This document shows positions 62,801 to 64,000 of a stretch of 64,000 nucleotides of DNA, piece by piece. The stretch's first letter is position 1; each line of letters opens with the position of its first letter. The stretch spans positions 43,526,001 through 43,590,000 of the forward strand of contig CM052818.1 of assembly GCA_028534125.1 (NCBI GenBank), read 5' to 3'. The notes under the pieces are model-generated. The model saw only the letters and a program-made list of their open reading frames with translations, was not told where the DNA came from and searched no databases. A program made the position numbers and the translations under genes. The stretch comes from Lama glama (lineage: Eukaryota).

Positions 62801-64000
62801 AGACTTTTACCAATTCCCTAGCATCTAGTGAAGAGTAACTAACAGTTAACAACATACCGAACATACATATAATGTTTGTTAATCATGAATGAATTTCTCC
62901 CCCAGTGTGATGTCTTACTACATTACATATCCAAAGTTAAAAAGCAAACGGAACATAAATTCTAAGGGAATTTAAGGACTCTAAGTAAAGTTAGTTTCAG
63001 AGTTTCCAAGAACTATTTCAAATGAATAGGTCATACATTGACACACAGATATGTAAAAATCTAGATTGACCCATCCTCCCTGTCATTATATGTAGAGAAA
63101 TAGTTCACTTTTCCAAAATAAAGATTTTTGTCAAGAATATGATCCAGAGAAAGAGAAGTTGTTCTCTTAACCCCTTACTTATTTTTGTGACTCAGAAACA
63201 TATTATTACTCTTTTAGCCTTATATTCCTCTTTAAAAAACAAAAACAAAATCACTGTCACAACCCAGCTCACTGAGTTGTGAGATAGACAAATAGTAGGT
63301 AGATATGAAGTGGCTACGAAGTCTCACTACGCGGCTCTGTCAGGATCTGAGTTTGGCAGCACTGAAGCCTCTCGCCGTCAGGTAAGAGCTAGCACCCTCG
63401 CAGCTCAGCCACCTGCGCCTGACTGACAGTGAGCCCGGCTTCCGGACAATGCACACACAGTTTGTTCTTTCCTACTTCCCTATTTCTGCCTGCCTTTTCA
63501 AAAAGTAGGTGTATTTGATTTATTACCTCTTCTTCCACAGTTGATGACTTTCTCTTGAAACCAAAGGGGGAAATTAACACTAAGAAAGTGTTGTTTTCTT
63601 ATGAGTACTCTTAAAATTCTTATTTGCTATTTTATCAGTTAACTATGTCAAGTATCTGTGTTGAAAATAGAGACACATGAACACCCAGGTTTCATCATTT
63701 TTGGTATTTTGCCAGTGGACAGTTTAGTGTCTTATTACAAGCCACACAATTTCCAGCAATTGTGAAATCAAGAACATGGACATTACAAATTAGACTGCAT
63801 AAAACTCACAAAGCCAGTGAGCTATAACTTCCCTTTGTGGACATTTTCTGAGATTAAGTGAGGGAAAAAAGGCATGAGAAATTCACCAATTAAAGCGTCT
63901 TTAAATGTTGACATTGAAGGAGATTTCAGAGGATAGCTAATGCAATTAATTGCCATTATTCTCACCATTTTCTTTTGGACAGCTAATACAGTGTAAGAAA

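Noticed and set aside
1..64000. Prokaryotic-style systems (operons, CRISPR arrays, defence islands), NUMTs or non-retroviral endogenous viral genes
   Set aside because: The sequence is mammalian repeat-rich DNA. I saw no regularly spaced repeats, no long ORFs and no mitochondrial or non-retroviral viral motifs. A TBLASTN against viral proteins would be needed to exclude degraded elements.

Overview
This is AT-rich, CpG-poor eutherian mammal genomic DNA with one 500-N assembly gap (29525-30024). I can support no host protein-coding exon, rRNA, tRNA or CRISPR array, so the window looks intergenic or deep-intronic. A large share is transposable-element debris: old L1MB/L1MC/L1ME LINEs, L2 and MIR relics, MaLR/ERVL LTRs (MLT1, MLT2, LTR16, LTR33), ERV1-type LTRs and DNA-transposon MITEs (Tigger2-like, MER82, MER20, MER58, MER104). 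Several young L1 3' ends resemble, from memory, camelid (alpaca/camel) L1, and I saw no Alu, B1, Bov-A or PRE1 SINEs. The most notable structures are: (1) a ~98% identical 375-bp inverted duplication (30309-30683 vs 32551-32925) that appears to be a templated repair insertion into an L1; (2) a non-L1 filler with a 26-bp fold-back at an L1 deletion junction (40937-41069); (3) an ancient two-LTR LTR16/ERV3-16A3-type provirus; (4) an ERV1 5' LTR with a tRNA-Arg(ACG) primer-binding site plus a sister solo LTR; and (5) several repeat-free candidate regulatory elements. I found no convincing new biological system. Family names come from my recall of consensus sequences, not from a database search, and boundaries of old repeats are approximate.
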